NCBI GenBank assembly: GCA_965214775.1
Contig: OZ243974.1
Location: 2,592,001 to 2,656,000 of the forward strand
Reading direction: 5' to 3'
Origin: Nitrosopumilus sp.
GTDB taxonomy: Archaea; Thermoproteota; Nitrososphaeria; Nitrososphaerales; Nitrosopumilaceae
DNA: 64,000 nucleotides
In this document: in pieces, positions 1-9,976 of the stretch
Layout of the letters: every line of letters starts with the position of its first letter
Numbering within the stretch: the stretch's first letter is position 1
Notes under the pieces: generated by a model
Database searches by the model: none
Seen by the model: only the letters and a program-made list of their open reading frames with translations
What the model was told of the DNA's origin: nothing
Translations under genes and position numbers: made by a program

Positions 1-283
1 AGATGTTGAGCATGTTTGTCTTGTATAGAATGATGCCGACGACTATACCGATTACCGTGGCAACTGCAAAGTGCAACAGTGCACCCACTGTCGGCTCTGA
101 GGATCCCAGGATTTTTGCCGCAGCCGCCCAAAACAGGCCAAACTCGGAGCCGGACGCATCTGAAAAAAACGCGGGCAGAACCATCACAACTGCGCCCAGA
201 ACCGAGCCAATTGTGATAAAGAACACCTCCCTTTTTATCGAAAAATCAACGATAAGCGACTTCATCCCCATCCGCCTGAACAT
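1..283 (-). CDS. Membrane protein, N-terminal part (runs off window edge)
   Basis: Manual translation MFRRMGMKSLIVDFSIKREVFFITIGSVLGAVVMVLPAFF...LLHFAVATVIGIVVGIILYK has hydrophobic segments; the listed + ORF 3..641 is its antisense shadow. Confidence 0.7.
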   Translation of the reverse strand, partial: MFRRMGMKSLIVDFSIKREVFFITIGSVLGAVVMVLPAFFSDASGSEFGLFWAAAAKILGSSEPTVGALLHFAVATVIGIVVGIILYKTNMLNI

Positions 284-698
284 GTTTTTGATGGCCGAAT
301 ATAATAACAGTTTTACCAAATTCAAGGTAAAAGTTTGCCCCTTTACCTTCGTATCATTTAGGTTGAACACGAGGGCAATTTTTGATCATCACTTGGATCC
401 ATATGTGACCAGACCATATCTGTATTCATTGCCTGATTCAGAGACCAAGATACTGCACAACGAGTTGGCCTGCACCATATCCGAATCAGGCAGGAAGGAT
501 AGAGTCATCTCAGACAGGGATCGGGCAATAGTCGGGCTTACCGAGCAGCTGACCGAGGCATCGGTGACAATCCTGATGCAGGCGACACAGATCATCTGGT
601 TCAAGCAAAAGGGATCCACCTCAAGGGGGCCAGAGAGGTGATCCAAAATTAGAGACCGTACGAATTTTTTCAAGTAATTTCACAGATAACTTGTATTT

Positions 699-2208
699 CA
701 GTAGTTCCCAGATGTACTTTTGAAGGCACGATAATTACGTAATTTGCCGAGATTTTTTGACCATTACGATCTTAGATCAGAAGGTGTGTCAAACATCATC
801 ATGATGATACCAACACAAAACGATGTGTTTGCACACCAGTATGACATAGCATCACGACAGTTTAAAACATTGCGACGGCGGTTCCACAAGCTCGAAATGG
901 CAGTCTCAAAGAGTCACAACGCGGTGTACGGCCATGCCGACGTACTGCGCGTGCTAAGCCTCATGTCTGATAGGAAGATGTTTTTCAGGTCTGCCGTGAC
1001 GCATCTTCGCAGGAAGGCCTCAAAATACCGCAGGCAGCAGCAGCATGACGGCGGGACTGCTACTACTACTACTACTGCTGCTGCTACCTTCTCCAAGAAG
1101 GGCGGCGCATACAGCTCCCGTACGCCCCACCCGGAGTGGATCTTAAAGACCATCCGGAGCGTCAGCCCGGATCGGATGCAAAGGTGGTGCAACTCCATGC
1201 TACAGCACACGGTAAGAAACGGCCGCAGGTCCGGCATGTTACACAACACGGACGTAGTGGCAGTGGATGTCACCGACGTCGAATACTATGGCAAGGGCCT
1301 AAAGGACGTCGCCAGAAAGTCAAAGCCCAAGAACGGCACGTCTACTTTTCTCTCGCACATTACCGTGCACGGAGTAGGATCAGATGACGGCTCAGACCTC
1401 GTGCTTTCCTCGCTGCAGCTTCCAAAAGATGCAAAACTGGCCGATTTCGTGCCTAAAATGATCCGCAAAGCGTCCAGATCAGGGACGAAGATCAGGATGT
1501 TCCTGTATGACCGGGGATTCTTTAATGTCAACTGCATGGTGGCTGCAGGCAAAAGCCAGGGCTTCTACGTCATGCCTGCCGCCAAGAACAAGAGGATAAA
1601 GGCGGCAATAGAGGAGCACCACCATAAAAAGCGCGACGCGATATCTGACTATACCATGACTAACAAGGAGGGCAAAAACGTCACGTTCAGGCTGGTCATT
1701 GTAAAAAAGGAGGAGGAAGACGAAAATGAAAATGAAAATGAAAACAATGACACAGCAAAAGAGGAATGCACAGAAAAAAAGAAGGAAAAGAAAAAAGAAA
1801 CGGCAGACGAATACCTGGTCTTTGCCACCAACATGCCTGCCAAAAGCGTAGAGGACGTCATAGCTCAGATACCAGAAGAGTACCGCATGCGGTGGGGAAT
1901 CGAGACCGGGTTCAGGGTGATCAAGGGAGTAATGGGCAAGACATGCAGTAATTCGCCGGTCGTCAGGATGTTGTTATTCTACATGCCCCTCATACTGTAC
2001 AATCTCTGGAGGACTGCCATATTCATTGATGTGGAATCCAAGTGGGACGGATTTGCGGGAGGCAAGGATTTTACCATGATGTTGTTTGCCGCGTGCATTA
2101 CAGATGCAGCTGACTCGTTTGTAAACGATCGCGGAAAGTAGTAGTAGTAGCGGCGGCAGTGGTGCCGTGTCAGGAGGCAGTCTGCAAAAGTACACCTAGG
2201 AACTACTG
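699..2208 (+). mobile_element. ISH3-family insertion sequence, apparently complete
   Basis: 23-bp TIRs CAGTAGTTCCCAGATGTACTTTT / CAGTAGTTCCTAGGTGTACTTTT; flanking duplication ATTT (695-698, 2209-2212). Confidence 0.88.
744..2141 (+). CDS. ISH3-family DDE transposase
   Basis: Motifs VAVDVTDVEYYG, LYDRGFF, YRMRWGIETGFR. Confidence 0.88.
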   Translation: MPRFFDHYDLRSEGVSNIIMMIPTQNDVFAHQYDIASRQFKTLRRRFHKLEMAVSKSHNAVYGHADVLRVLSLMSDRKMFFRSAVTHLRRKASKYRRQQQHDGGTATTTTTAAATFSKKGGAYSSRTPHPEWILKTIRSVSPDRMQRWCNSMLQHTVRNGRRSGMLHNTDVVAVDVTDVEYYGKGLKDVARKSKPKNGTSTFLSHITVHGVGSDDGSDLVLSSLQLPKDAKLADFVPKMIRKASRSGTKIRMFLYDRGFFNVNCMVAAGKSQGFYVMPAAKNKRIKAAIEEHHHKKRDAISDYTMTNKEGKNVTFRLVIVKKEEEDENENENENNDTAKEECTEKKKEKKKETADEYLVFATNMPAKSVEDVIAQIPEEYRMRWGIETGFRVIKGVMGKTCSNSPVVRMLLFYMPLILYNLWRTAIFIDVESKWDGFAGGKDFTMMLFAACITDAADSFVNDRGK

Positions 2209-2244
2209 ATTTTGTTGGTATTTTGAGCCGTTCTATGCAAATTC

Positions 2245-2654
2245 GTTCACAGATAATCAGGGTTTGCTAATTGCGAATCCACTCTGTCCAATGCCGAATA
2301 TGGCAGATGCCACGTCCTGCGTGATGTACGTCCTATAATAGAACAAAGACAATAGAAGACTCTCCTTTAGGTTCAGGACAGTCGGATGTCCTGCAGCACC
2401 GACGATGTCACGCTTGCGGTCTTTTTTGGCAGAAAGCCTCTTTCTGTCCATCTTTGGGTGTTTTTTTGCCACTTGCATACAACAAATCAAATTCGTGGGC
2501 AGTCATGCCGGCAAACATCTTCTTGAATGTCCGTGGGTTTTTTTGACAATTTATCAAACAACTTCATGAATTGTACATTTTACTGGCATTTGGATCGGGT
2601 TGGTGTACATTATGTGTCTGTTTGATCAAAATTTGCTAATTTTGAACCAACTCT
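2245..2654 (-). mobile_element. Remnants of IS5-family (ISL2-like, family B) element: left end plus degraded HTH N-terminus and a second end
   Basis: Close match to 61040-61403; translation LLLSLFYYRTYITQDVASAIFGIGQS; end motif AGAGTTG(G/A)TTCAAAATTAGCAAA also at 4176, 21532 and 48690-48716. Confidence 0.7.
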
Positions 2655-2922
2655 CAGTCTGCAAGGCCATAGCAGCGATGCCGGATCATGGCCACCGCCT
2701 TTTTCATGAATTTCCGTATAGGGACTGCTGATATCCTAAAAACAAAAGTACCTGCCATCGACACTTTACAGCCAGCATCCATTTCCGCGGTCTCAAGCGC
2801 ATGCAGACAGGCAGTGACAGGATCCGACCCAGTGTGGACTCTTGCCTTTTGGATCCACGAACGGGCCCGGCCGTCTTTGTGAGAGGCAGGATTGGGGACA
2901 TCATAAAACTAGAAAAAACCGG

Positions 2923-3345
2923 TCACGCGCTTCCAGTCATCTTGTGACTTCCGCACGAACCGCCTTCTTTGACAATCGGTTCGATCAGCTGTTCGCCGGT
3001 ACCTGCATCAAGAACATGAATTGTCTTTGCGTTGGATTCAGCATAGTCAACCAGCTTCCATACGAGGAAATGCTGGCCAGAGTCGTTTACGGCCTTTGTG
3101 AGCCTAGCCTTGTCAACGTCATATCCCTGCAGTGCCTGCTCCTCTGAAATTGCAAGATCCCGGACATCGTCAATGTCGGCATCCGGCGAAACCTCTATCG
3201 TTCCCTCTGCCTCGCCTATCGGGACAGCCCAGCTTCGTTTGTAGGACTTGTTCTCCGAGTCGGCCAGCGCAGGGGACATAGAACCGAGCACCAAAACTGC
3301 CGTCAGAAGAGACAGCAGGAATACAGGAGCGAGTACCTTTTCCAT
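2923..3345 (-). CDS. Secreted PepSY-like domain protein
   Basis: Signal peptide; ISEEQAL...FLVWKLV...HVLDAGTGEQL matches the PepSY pattern. Confidence 0.6.
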   Translation of the reverse strand: MEKVLAPVFLLSLLTAVLVLGSMSPALADSENKSYKRSWAVPIGEAEGTIEVSPDADIDDVRDLAISEEQALQGYDVDKARLTKAVNDSGQHFLVWKLVDYAESNAKTIHVLDAGTGEQLIEPIVKEGGSCGSHKMTGSA

Positions 3346-3387
3346 GCAAGTGATTGTTCAAGACTGTATATAAAGAGTATGGACGGT

Positions 3388-3696
3388 TTACAAAGTTTCA
3401 CAATGTACCGGCACTAGTTTATGTTTTGATTTATCAAACAAAATCATCATTTGGACTATTTTGTTTCCTATCCCACTATGTGAGACATTTAACAGATAGA
3501 GATCATCCATGCATTCATCACAAACTCTGTTGGGATATTTTCTCCAAGGCTGTTTGTAGTATACCATGTTATGCAAAGCACTATCAACTTGCCACCGGTA
3601 TCCTGCATCTAGTTTACGATAAGATGTAACCCATTCTTTTTCTTGCTCCTCGTTGATAAAACTAATTTTTCAGTATTCTTTAGAAGGATTTTGCAT
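3388..3696 (-). pseudogene. Degraded ORF with RelE/ParE-like pattern
   Basis: One stop and one frameshift give ...KEWVTSYRKLDAGYRWQVDSALHNM...LYLLNV...QMMILFDKSKHKLVPV. Confidence 0.3.
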
Positions 3697-3782
3697 GTAA
3701 TACTTTCATGTACTTGCTATATGAAGGGTATACTCGTTGTTTTTTTGACTCTAGATGCCTTTGAATTCTTTTTGCAATTTTG

Positions 3783-3893
3783 GTAACTGATCGGGCTCTG
3801 GAAGCTGTTTCTGATTTTAGGCACAAATTCTGTTTGAACAGTCCTTTTTGGTGACAAAATTCATGCATGAACTTCCAGAGCCCGACCTGTTAC
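3783..3893. mobile_element. MITE family A (111 bp)
   Basis: TIR GTAAC(T/A)G(A/G)TCGGGCTCTGGAAG; 8-bp TSD CAATTTTG. Confidence 0.92.
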
Positions 3894-4335
3894 CAATTTT
3901 GGTATGCTTTTTACTCCAATCGGGAACGCGTTGTTGCATATTGTTAAAAAGCATAACAGGTTTAAAATCTTCTACGTTCAAATAGTCTGTTTGTACAACT
4001 CGATTTTTTTTTTACTTGAATTTGCCCTAAATGATAAATCCGGATAAAAACCACCGTTGATTTCGGATCCATTCGTGATCGAAATCAGGAATTTTTTGAC
4101 GAAAAAGGAAGTCATGCCACAGACTACGATGGCTTGCATGCAAGGCAGTGCCGGGTCGCAAGAGTTCATCCATCTGAGAGTTGATTCGAAATTAGCAAAT
4201 TCGGATCATACATAAACAAACTTACATTAAATCGATTAAAATGCCTGCAAATGACAAGTCATCTGTCAAATTACTTGATAAATATACAGAAAAATCAGGG
4301 CATTTGCGCGGTTTCTAATTTCAAATCATCTCTCT

Positions 4336-4412
4336 GTCACCACCATTGCCACCGTCACCACCATTGCCACCGTCACCACCATTGCCACCGTCACCACCAT
4401 TGCCACCGTCAC
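4336..4412. repeat. 18-bp tandem repeat, about 4 copies (GTCACCACCATTGCCACC)
   Basis: Seen directly. Confidence 0.9.
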
Positions 4413-4639
4413 TACTACCAGAATGACTGTTTGTCAGAGATCTTTTGCTAAACCCGAGTCATTGAGGCTGTAAACGAAACCAATGTAATTACTTTTTAAA
4501 AAAAAGTTGTTTGAGATGAGATTGGAGATTGGGCGTCTTTCAACAATGACTGGCACTGCTGCCTCCAAGATTCAACAAGGGTTTTCTGCCCGGTTTTTCA
4601 TTGCTGAATCTATAAATAGAATTCAAAGGTGGACAATCT

Positions 4640-4786
4640 GTGCCAGTAGATCCCGTGTGCGGAATTGAGCTTGATGAGGATCTAGCTTTGCCATACAAAC
4701 ATGACGGAAAGGAATTCTATTTTTGTTGCAACGGATGCAGGCGAATCTTCATCAAAAAGCCCAGAAAATACAAAAACAATTCCTAG
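4640..4786 (+). CDS. YHS/TRASH-domain small metal-binding protein (48 aa, absent from ORF track)
   Basis: GTG start; MPVDPVCGIELDE...GKEFYFCCNGCRRIFIKKP. Confidence 0.85.
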   Translation: MPVDPVCGIELDEDLALPYKHDGKEFYFCCNGCRRIFIKKPRKYKNNS

Positions 4787-5730
4787 ATGGGAAAGGCCCC
4801 GCACATTCCGCAGAATCTAGAGTCCTTAACCTCGTGCCTGCAGTATGGGCACGCGCGTTCTGGATCTTTTGATGCAGGCGAACCGAACATTTTCTTAAAA
4901 ACTTCATAGTAATGCATCGATTCCCTGGTTCTAATTGTCACGTTCTCTTTGACTTTAACCGTTAGTTTTTTTTCAACAAATTTCTCTTCATCAACGACTG
5001 ATTCAAAGAGATTTGTAAGCCCTGCAGTGCCAGAGCCGTCCTGCATGGGCGACTTTGCCCTCCATGCAATTTGCTTGGGAATGTGTCCTTCAAACGTCTT
5101 TCTCAGAATCCACTTTCCGTATCTCTTGCCATTTTCATTTTTGACTTTGAGGTTTGCAGGAACGTTTTTTGCAAACTCGACGACCCTTTCGTCGAGAAAC
5201 GGCGATTCTATCCTTATGCCTAGTGCCCTGCCTATCTCTTGGGTTGGAAAATGCATTACAGAACACACCCTTTTGATTTCTGGCTCTAACTCGCTTTCTG
5301 GCTTGTTGGCCAGAAAATCATATCCTGCAAACAGCTCATCGGCACCGTCTCCTGTGATAACGGAGTCAAACCCATTATCCCTTGCAGATCTTACTGCCAG
5401 ATACATCACCACGCTGTTTCTAATTTCAATGTCGTTAAAGTTTTTTAGAATCTTGATGGTGTTTTTAACTGCATCAAGTATTTCTGCAGTGCTCACACTG
5501 AAAATAGACAGCTGCAGTCCCAGTTTCTTTGAGATCATCTGTGAATATGTCAAATCACTAGATACAAAATCCTCCGTAATTATTGCAATTGCCTTTGGAT
5601 TTTTGTCCCTGAGAAGAAATGCCAGAACAGAGCTGTCCAATCCACCTGACAATGAAAGAAGATTCGAGGTGCATTGATTGCACGATTCCTCTAAGAGCGC
5701 ATATAGGTTCTTGGAGACATCATCCAACAT
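4783..5730 (-). CDS. Asparagine synthase C-terminal domain protein
   Basis: LSGGLDSS, ITGDGADELFAGY, PFLD, GKWILRK. Confidence 0.9.
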   Translation of the reverse strand: MLDDVSKNLYALLEESCNQCTSNLLSLSGGLDSSVLAFLLRDKNPKAIAIITEDFVSSDLTYSQMISKKLGLQLSIFSVSTAEILDAVKNTIKILKNFNDIEIRNSVVMYLAVRSARDNGFDSVITGDGADELFAGYDFLANKPESELEPEIKRVCSVMHFPTQEIGRALGIRIESPFLDERVVEFAKNVPANLKVKNENGKRYGKWILRKTFEGHIPKQIAWRAKSPMQDGSGTAGLTNLFESVVDEEKFVEKKLTVKVKENVTIRTRESMHYYEVFKKMFGSPASKDPERACPYCRHEVKDSRFCGMCGAFPI

Positions 5731-5813
5731 TGTTAAGACGCTTTTGAAACTAAAATAGCTATGCCTAATTGATTTTTATAAACTTTAAATCCCTTATCAG
5801 TTTCTTTGGAGAT

Positions 5814-6230
5814 ATGTTGCTGCCAGCTGAGATTGAATCCAAAACACTGATCCCGGCATTGCGTGCAATTCTTGCAAAAAAACTGGCCGAGGATCACAAC
5901 ATCAGAGAGGATGAAATTTCAAAGATGCTCGGCGTAACTCAGGCTGCAGTAAGCAATTACATTCGCGGTACAAGGGGCGATCCTTCTTTGATTGCAAAAC
6001 TTTTAGCTGAAAAACAGGTATCAGAATTAATTGATGAGCTGAGCCATAACCTGTCTTCCAACATGGCGTACACCCCGTCCGGTCTTTCAAAATTCATTGG
6101 CCTGTGTAACTATATTAAATCCAGCCTTTTGATATGCGATATTCACCACAACCTGGAATCAGACATCGATGAGCAAGTCTGCAAGGAATGTGAAAACATG
6201 CTTCTAAAAGGCCCCGGAAGCGTTTACTAG
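5814..6230 (+). CDS. HTH transcriptional regulator with C-terminal Cys/His cluster
   Basis: ISKMLGVTQAAVSNYIRGTRG; CDIHH...CKEC. Confidence 0.85.
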   Translation: MLLPAEIESKTLIPALRAILAKKLAEDHNIREDEISKMLGVTQAAVSNYIRGTRGDPSLIAKLLAEKQVSELIDELSHNLSSNMAYTPSGLSKFIGLCNYIKSSLLICDIHHNLESDIDEQVCKECENMLLKGPGSVY

Positions 6231-6544
6231 GTTTTTGTCAGGACAATCTCGATTGTTGACAACATTCTGCCAATTCCCGGCTCTTGTGCCGTATCTAGCT
6301 TGATATCCTCAATCTTGGAATTGCCCTTTAGCATCTTTTCGGTGACAATGTTTGCAACAGCTACTGCATTTGGAATCGAATTTCCCCTGGCCCTTAAAAC
6401 CACCTGGCTTTTGCCACCCAGCATTGCAAGCGTATCTACGGCAGACTGCATTACGGGGCCACTGCCAATATTCACGGCATTGTTATCCACAGACTTTTTG
6501 GTCTGCTCTTGACCGCATCGCTTGCCTGTCTCGTTCATGAGCAT
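6227..6544 (-). CDS. Alba-family DNA/RNA-binding protein
   Basis: VNIGSGPVM, VVLRARGNSIPNAVAVA, STIEIVL. Confidence 0.85.
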   Translation of the reverse strand: MLMNETGKRCGQEQTKKSVDNNAVNIGSGPVMQSAVDTLAMLGGKSQVVLRARGNSIPNAVAVANIVTEKMLKGNSKIEDIKLDTAQEPGIGRMLSTIEIVLTKT

Positions 6545-6595
6545 TGTTCAACAATCAGCAATTTTTTGTTCTTTTAAGTTTTATCGACCATTGAT

Positions 6596-7084
6596 TCATT
6601 TTTGAAAATAATCGATAGGAATGTTCTGATAATCCCCGTTTGGAAGAACCCTTCTAATTGTGATGGGGATCACCCTTTGATCCAGCTCTTCCATCGAGAT
6701 ATCTAGCGAAATTCTGGCGGTTTTTGGAATCGGGATGAATGGCGGTGCACCCAATGACAGTTGCAGTGCCCTTGCACCCATTATTCTTGCCTTTTCAAAT
6801 CTTGTCAGGGTCGGAGGCCCGATTGTAATCTTGTTTTTCTCGCATAGTATTTCGACTGGGTCATGGTCCTCGACTCTTTCTACCACTTCACGTTCCTCAA
6901 TTTGTTTAAGCCTCTTTTCTAGATCTTCCTGCTCTTTTTCAGTAAGATCTTCTGCCCCGTCTTTCTTCTCGATTAATTTTCGATAGGTATCAAGTGCTTT
7001 GCTTAATCCGGCATTTTCTTCAGGTTCTTCAGAATTTTCAGATTCTGCAGGTTCGATCACTTCAGTCTCTTCGGAGGCAGACAA
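6596..7084 (-). CDS. rpoK: RNA polymerase subunit Rpo6 (K)
   Basis: LTRFEKARIMGARALQLSLGAP, PITIRRVLPNG. Confidence 0.95.
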   Translation of the reverse strand: MSASEETEVIEPAESENSEEPEENAGLSKALDTYRKLIEKKDGAEDLTEKEQEDLEKRLKQIEEREVVERVEDHDPVEILCEKNKITIGPPTLTRFEKARIMGARALQLSLGAPPFIPIPKTARISLDISMEELDQRVIPITIRRVLPNGDYQNIPIDYFQK

Positions 7085-7541
7085 GTACGGGATTTTCCTT
7101 AAAACGTTATTTAATTGTACATTTTATTGTATTTTCATTTGATAAAATCATGAATTTTGTGCCTAAAAACTACCTTGGTTTTTGGACTGTGATCCTATAA
7201 TTGTTGAATTAGATTCATTTTCAACAAATCAGATCCCCCAAATATCTCTATTTTACTCGATCCTCGTCTAATTAATCTGAAAATTCATCAAGATTATGAT
7301 TGTCTAAATTATCTATGGAAAAACTTCATTTGATCCAAATATTGGCTTTGTCTGTTCTAATGTTTGCAATATAACATTTTTTTCTATTTTAGATAATTTC
7401 TTGGCAAGTAAAAAAAGATTGAGTTATTTTTATCCTACCATTCTGGTAATAATGCATGATTGATTCTGAAAACGGATTGACAAAAGAAAAGATTTTGCAT
7501 ATTTATCAGTACATCTTTGGTAAAAAAGTAGGCATTGTACG

Positions 7542-7671
7542 GGGGTTGTCGCCTAATTCCACCTGCCGGACTCAATCCGCACGTTTTTCTGAATCTCCGC
7601 CATTTTTGCACGCCTAGTCCGGATAACATCGTATGATTTTCAGAAATTCTGATGAATTAGGCGACAACCCC
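7542..7671. mobile_element. MITE family B (130 bp)
   Basis: TIR GGGGTTGTCGCCTAATTC; 8-bp TSD ATTGTACG. Confidence 0.92.
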
Positions 7672-7689
7672 ATTGTACGAGGAGAATTA

Positions 7690-7800
7690 GTAACAGGTCG
7701 GGCTCTGGAAGCTGTTCCTGATTTTAGGCACGAATCTACACGGGAGGCCTCCCCGAGATAACAAAACTCGCGCCTGAACTTCCAGAGCCCGACCTGTTAC
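7690..7800. mobile_element. MITE family A (111 bp)
   Basis: TIR GTAACAGGTCGGGCTCTGGAAG; 8-bp TSD GAGAATTA. Confidence 0.93.
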
Positions 7801-8019
7801 GAGAATTATACGAATATTTTGTTTTACGCGCATTGTACGATCATGCACAAGACTCATCACTGACTAAAGAAGACATTAGAAAACATATTGAAGAAGATTA
7901 TAACTTAACTCATATTCCAGATATCCGTTTACAATCTGCCTATGCTAATTTACAAAAGAAAAAATTTGTAATTGGAACTGAAAAATTCTCTTTATCCTCT
8001 GACAAACTTATAGAAATTA

Positions 8020-9210
8020 TAGCAACGGTCACAAGTAATTGAGGGTTTTGACCGGCGATCTGTAAATGTACTTGTACATGCAAAGGTGGGCAAATGACAC
8101 CGTCCTGTAATACTCGGATGTGGTGTGCCGCAGCTCTCTGATCCTTCTGTACACTATCCTCATGAAAACAAAATGCTTTCCCAGGTTCCAGCATTCTTCC
8201 ACGACATTGAGGTACGGCGATCCCCTAGGGATCATTATCAGTCTGACGTCGGGGTGACCAGCCAGATATTTTGCGACATCAGTAGATCTGTGCACACTCC
8301 ACCTGTCGCAAAAGACGGCAACCTTGCCAAACTTGGCGCGCAACGCCTCCAGACATTCTATGAACTGCACCGACGTAAAGGATCCCGTAAACGTCCTGAA
8401 CAGCCTTCTGCCGTCTTCTGCGATGCTTCCAAACACGGCCACCTTTGTGTGGTCTCCAGAGTAGACTTTATGCGTAATCGACCTGAATGAGATGAATTTG
8501 TTCGTAATGGTCCTAGATCTGAATAGATTACGCATAAAGTCTAGTACAATGCCACGCTTCTGGTGCCGACCGTACCCCATACGTATCTGTCATATGCGCC
8601 CTGCACGAAGAATGACTCATCAGATGACACCAGCGTAAAACCGTCGTTTTTCAGGCACGGAATACGCACGTTTTCAAGGTATCGCTGCCACGAATATACC
8701 GAGCTTGGGGTGGCATGGTTGACATGTATGTTTTGCACCTTGCGGCGCGACAGGCCGTGCTGGTGCATCATTCTCCGGACATGTTCTATACTGTATTGTA
8801 TCCCGGTGGCATCCCTTATGTCATTGCGCATCGTCATGACATCGGTACTTTTGCATGCAGTGGACAGGTCCATTATGGCTGCAATACTTTTCCTGTCCAC
8901 CTTTGGTCTGCATCCGGAACGGGGAAGATCCCGGAGACCGTCCATGCCGTCCTCCGAAAACCTCGCCGGCCGGCTGTGCACGGAATTCTCACTGCACCGG
9001 ATCCTTCTTGCAGTCTCGGGCACGCCCATGTCGTCTTCTAGCATAAACATCAGCGCCATGATCTTCTTGTAGACTTTGGCATCCTTTTCTTTGCGCATGG
9101 CCTCTGACAGGCTTTTGTCTGTTTCTTTTGCCATGTCATTGCGCCGGTTAGGCGATCCATATACTTTTCGAATGATCCCGTTTTGGCTCAAAGACTTCTG
9201 ATCATTGCTA
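8020..9210 (-). mobile_element. IS630-family element; transposase (9134 to 8029) interrupted by MITE D
   Basis: Imperfect TIRs TAGCAACGGTCACAAGTAATTGAG / TAGCAATGATCAGAAGTCTTTGAG with TA flanks; SSDESFF, CDRWSVH, SPYLNVVE motifs. Confidence 0.9.
8463..8542. mobile_element. MITE family D (80 bp)
   Basis: TIR AGACTTTATGCGTAATC; 3-bp TSD AGT. Confidence 0.9.
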
Positions 9211-9212
9211 TA

Positions 9213-9395
9213 CTGTTCTACCTGTCGCTTGGAATGTCTAACATCTGGATGATCGCAAGATCATGGTGCAAAAAAAAGAAGGAGATCAAGCTCAAGGTGC
9301 TGCTTGCCCACATTATAAGATGGTGTACAAGACCATGGAACAAAAAGCCCCCTGATCCGGGCTAGGGCAGGCCGGGGTCGCAATCGGAACTACTG
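9213..9395 (+). mobile_element. ISH3-family 3' remnant
   Basis: C-terminal LFYLSLGMSNIW...KPPDPG, then end motif GGAACTACTG as at 2199-2208. Confidence 0.65.
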
Positions 9396-9490
9396 ATTTT
9401 ATCGTGTTTTTTATTTGAAAATGGTTCCTTTTACCAGATTCAGATATGTCCTATGATGTTATTTTCTAATTTGAAAATTTTTCAAAATAA

Positions 9491-9742
9491 TTATTTGTAG
9501 ATGTTTTCTCTGTTACCCATCTCCACCACAAAAATAATCAGTTTTCCTTGTTGTAAATCCAAAATTACACGGTAATTTCCAACTCGCAGTCTGTAAAATT
9601 TGGAATTTTCTAGTCTTAGAACTGCTGGAAATGGATTTTCTTTGATATCTTCGATTTTATCTCTGATTCTACGGGCTGTAGTTTTATCTAATTTCTTTAG
9701 TTGTTTTACAGACTTTCCAGACCATAGCACTACCCAAGCCAT
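9491..9742 (-). CDS. RelE/ParE-family toxin
   Basis: KQLKKLD...RIRDKI...NP...YRLRVGNYRVI. Confidence 0.92.
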   Translation of the reverse strand: MAWVVLWSGKSVKQLKKLDKTTARRIRDKIEDIKENPFPAVLRLENSKFYRLRVGNYRVILDLQQGKLIIFVVEMGNRENIYK

Positions 9743-9748
9743 TACAGG

Positions 9749-9976
9749 TCATAATCCTAATTCTTTATCTAGTTGTTCTGTGGTGTAGACTCTGCCTGCC
9801 TTTATGTCTGCTATTCCATCCTCGATATTCTGCATGGTTTCTGGTGATATTATGTCATCATAGTCTTTTTTTGCGAGCAATCTCTGTACCACATCATCAA
9901 ATGGTTCGTTTGGGTACAATCTTTGCTGTTCCAGATTGGTCTTTGTTTCATCTTTGAGTTGAATTGTTGTAGGCAT
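9749..9976 (-). CDS. Putative antitoxin of RelE toxin
   Basis: Small acidic ORF directly upstream; MPTTIQL...EPFDDVVQRL...DIKAGRVYT. Confidence 0.82.
   Translation of the reverse strand: MPTTIQLKDETKTNLEQQRLYPNEPFDDVVQRLLAKKDYDDIISPETMQNIEDGIADIKAGRVYTTEQLDKELGL

Larger units (their letters stand above)
7456..8019 (+). pseudogene. AT-rich hypothetical (winged-helix-like) gene broken by two MITEs and truncated by IS630
   Basis: Removing both MITEs plus one TSD each gives the open frame MIDSENGLTKEKILHIYQYIFGKKVGIVRGELYEYFVLRALYDHAQ... Confidence 0.7.

Noticed and set aside
3-641. 212-aa + strand ORF
   Set aside because: First half is antisense to a real membrane gene; second half may be a transposase stub but cannot be supported
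4336-4412. CRISPR array
   Set aside because: Head-to-tail repeats with no spacers; no cas genes in the window
8460-8467. IS110 loop sequence AGTAGACT matching the MITE D terminus
   Set aside because: The match includes the variable TSD, and 8-nt matches are expected by chance
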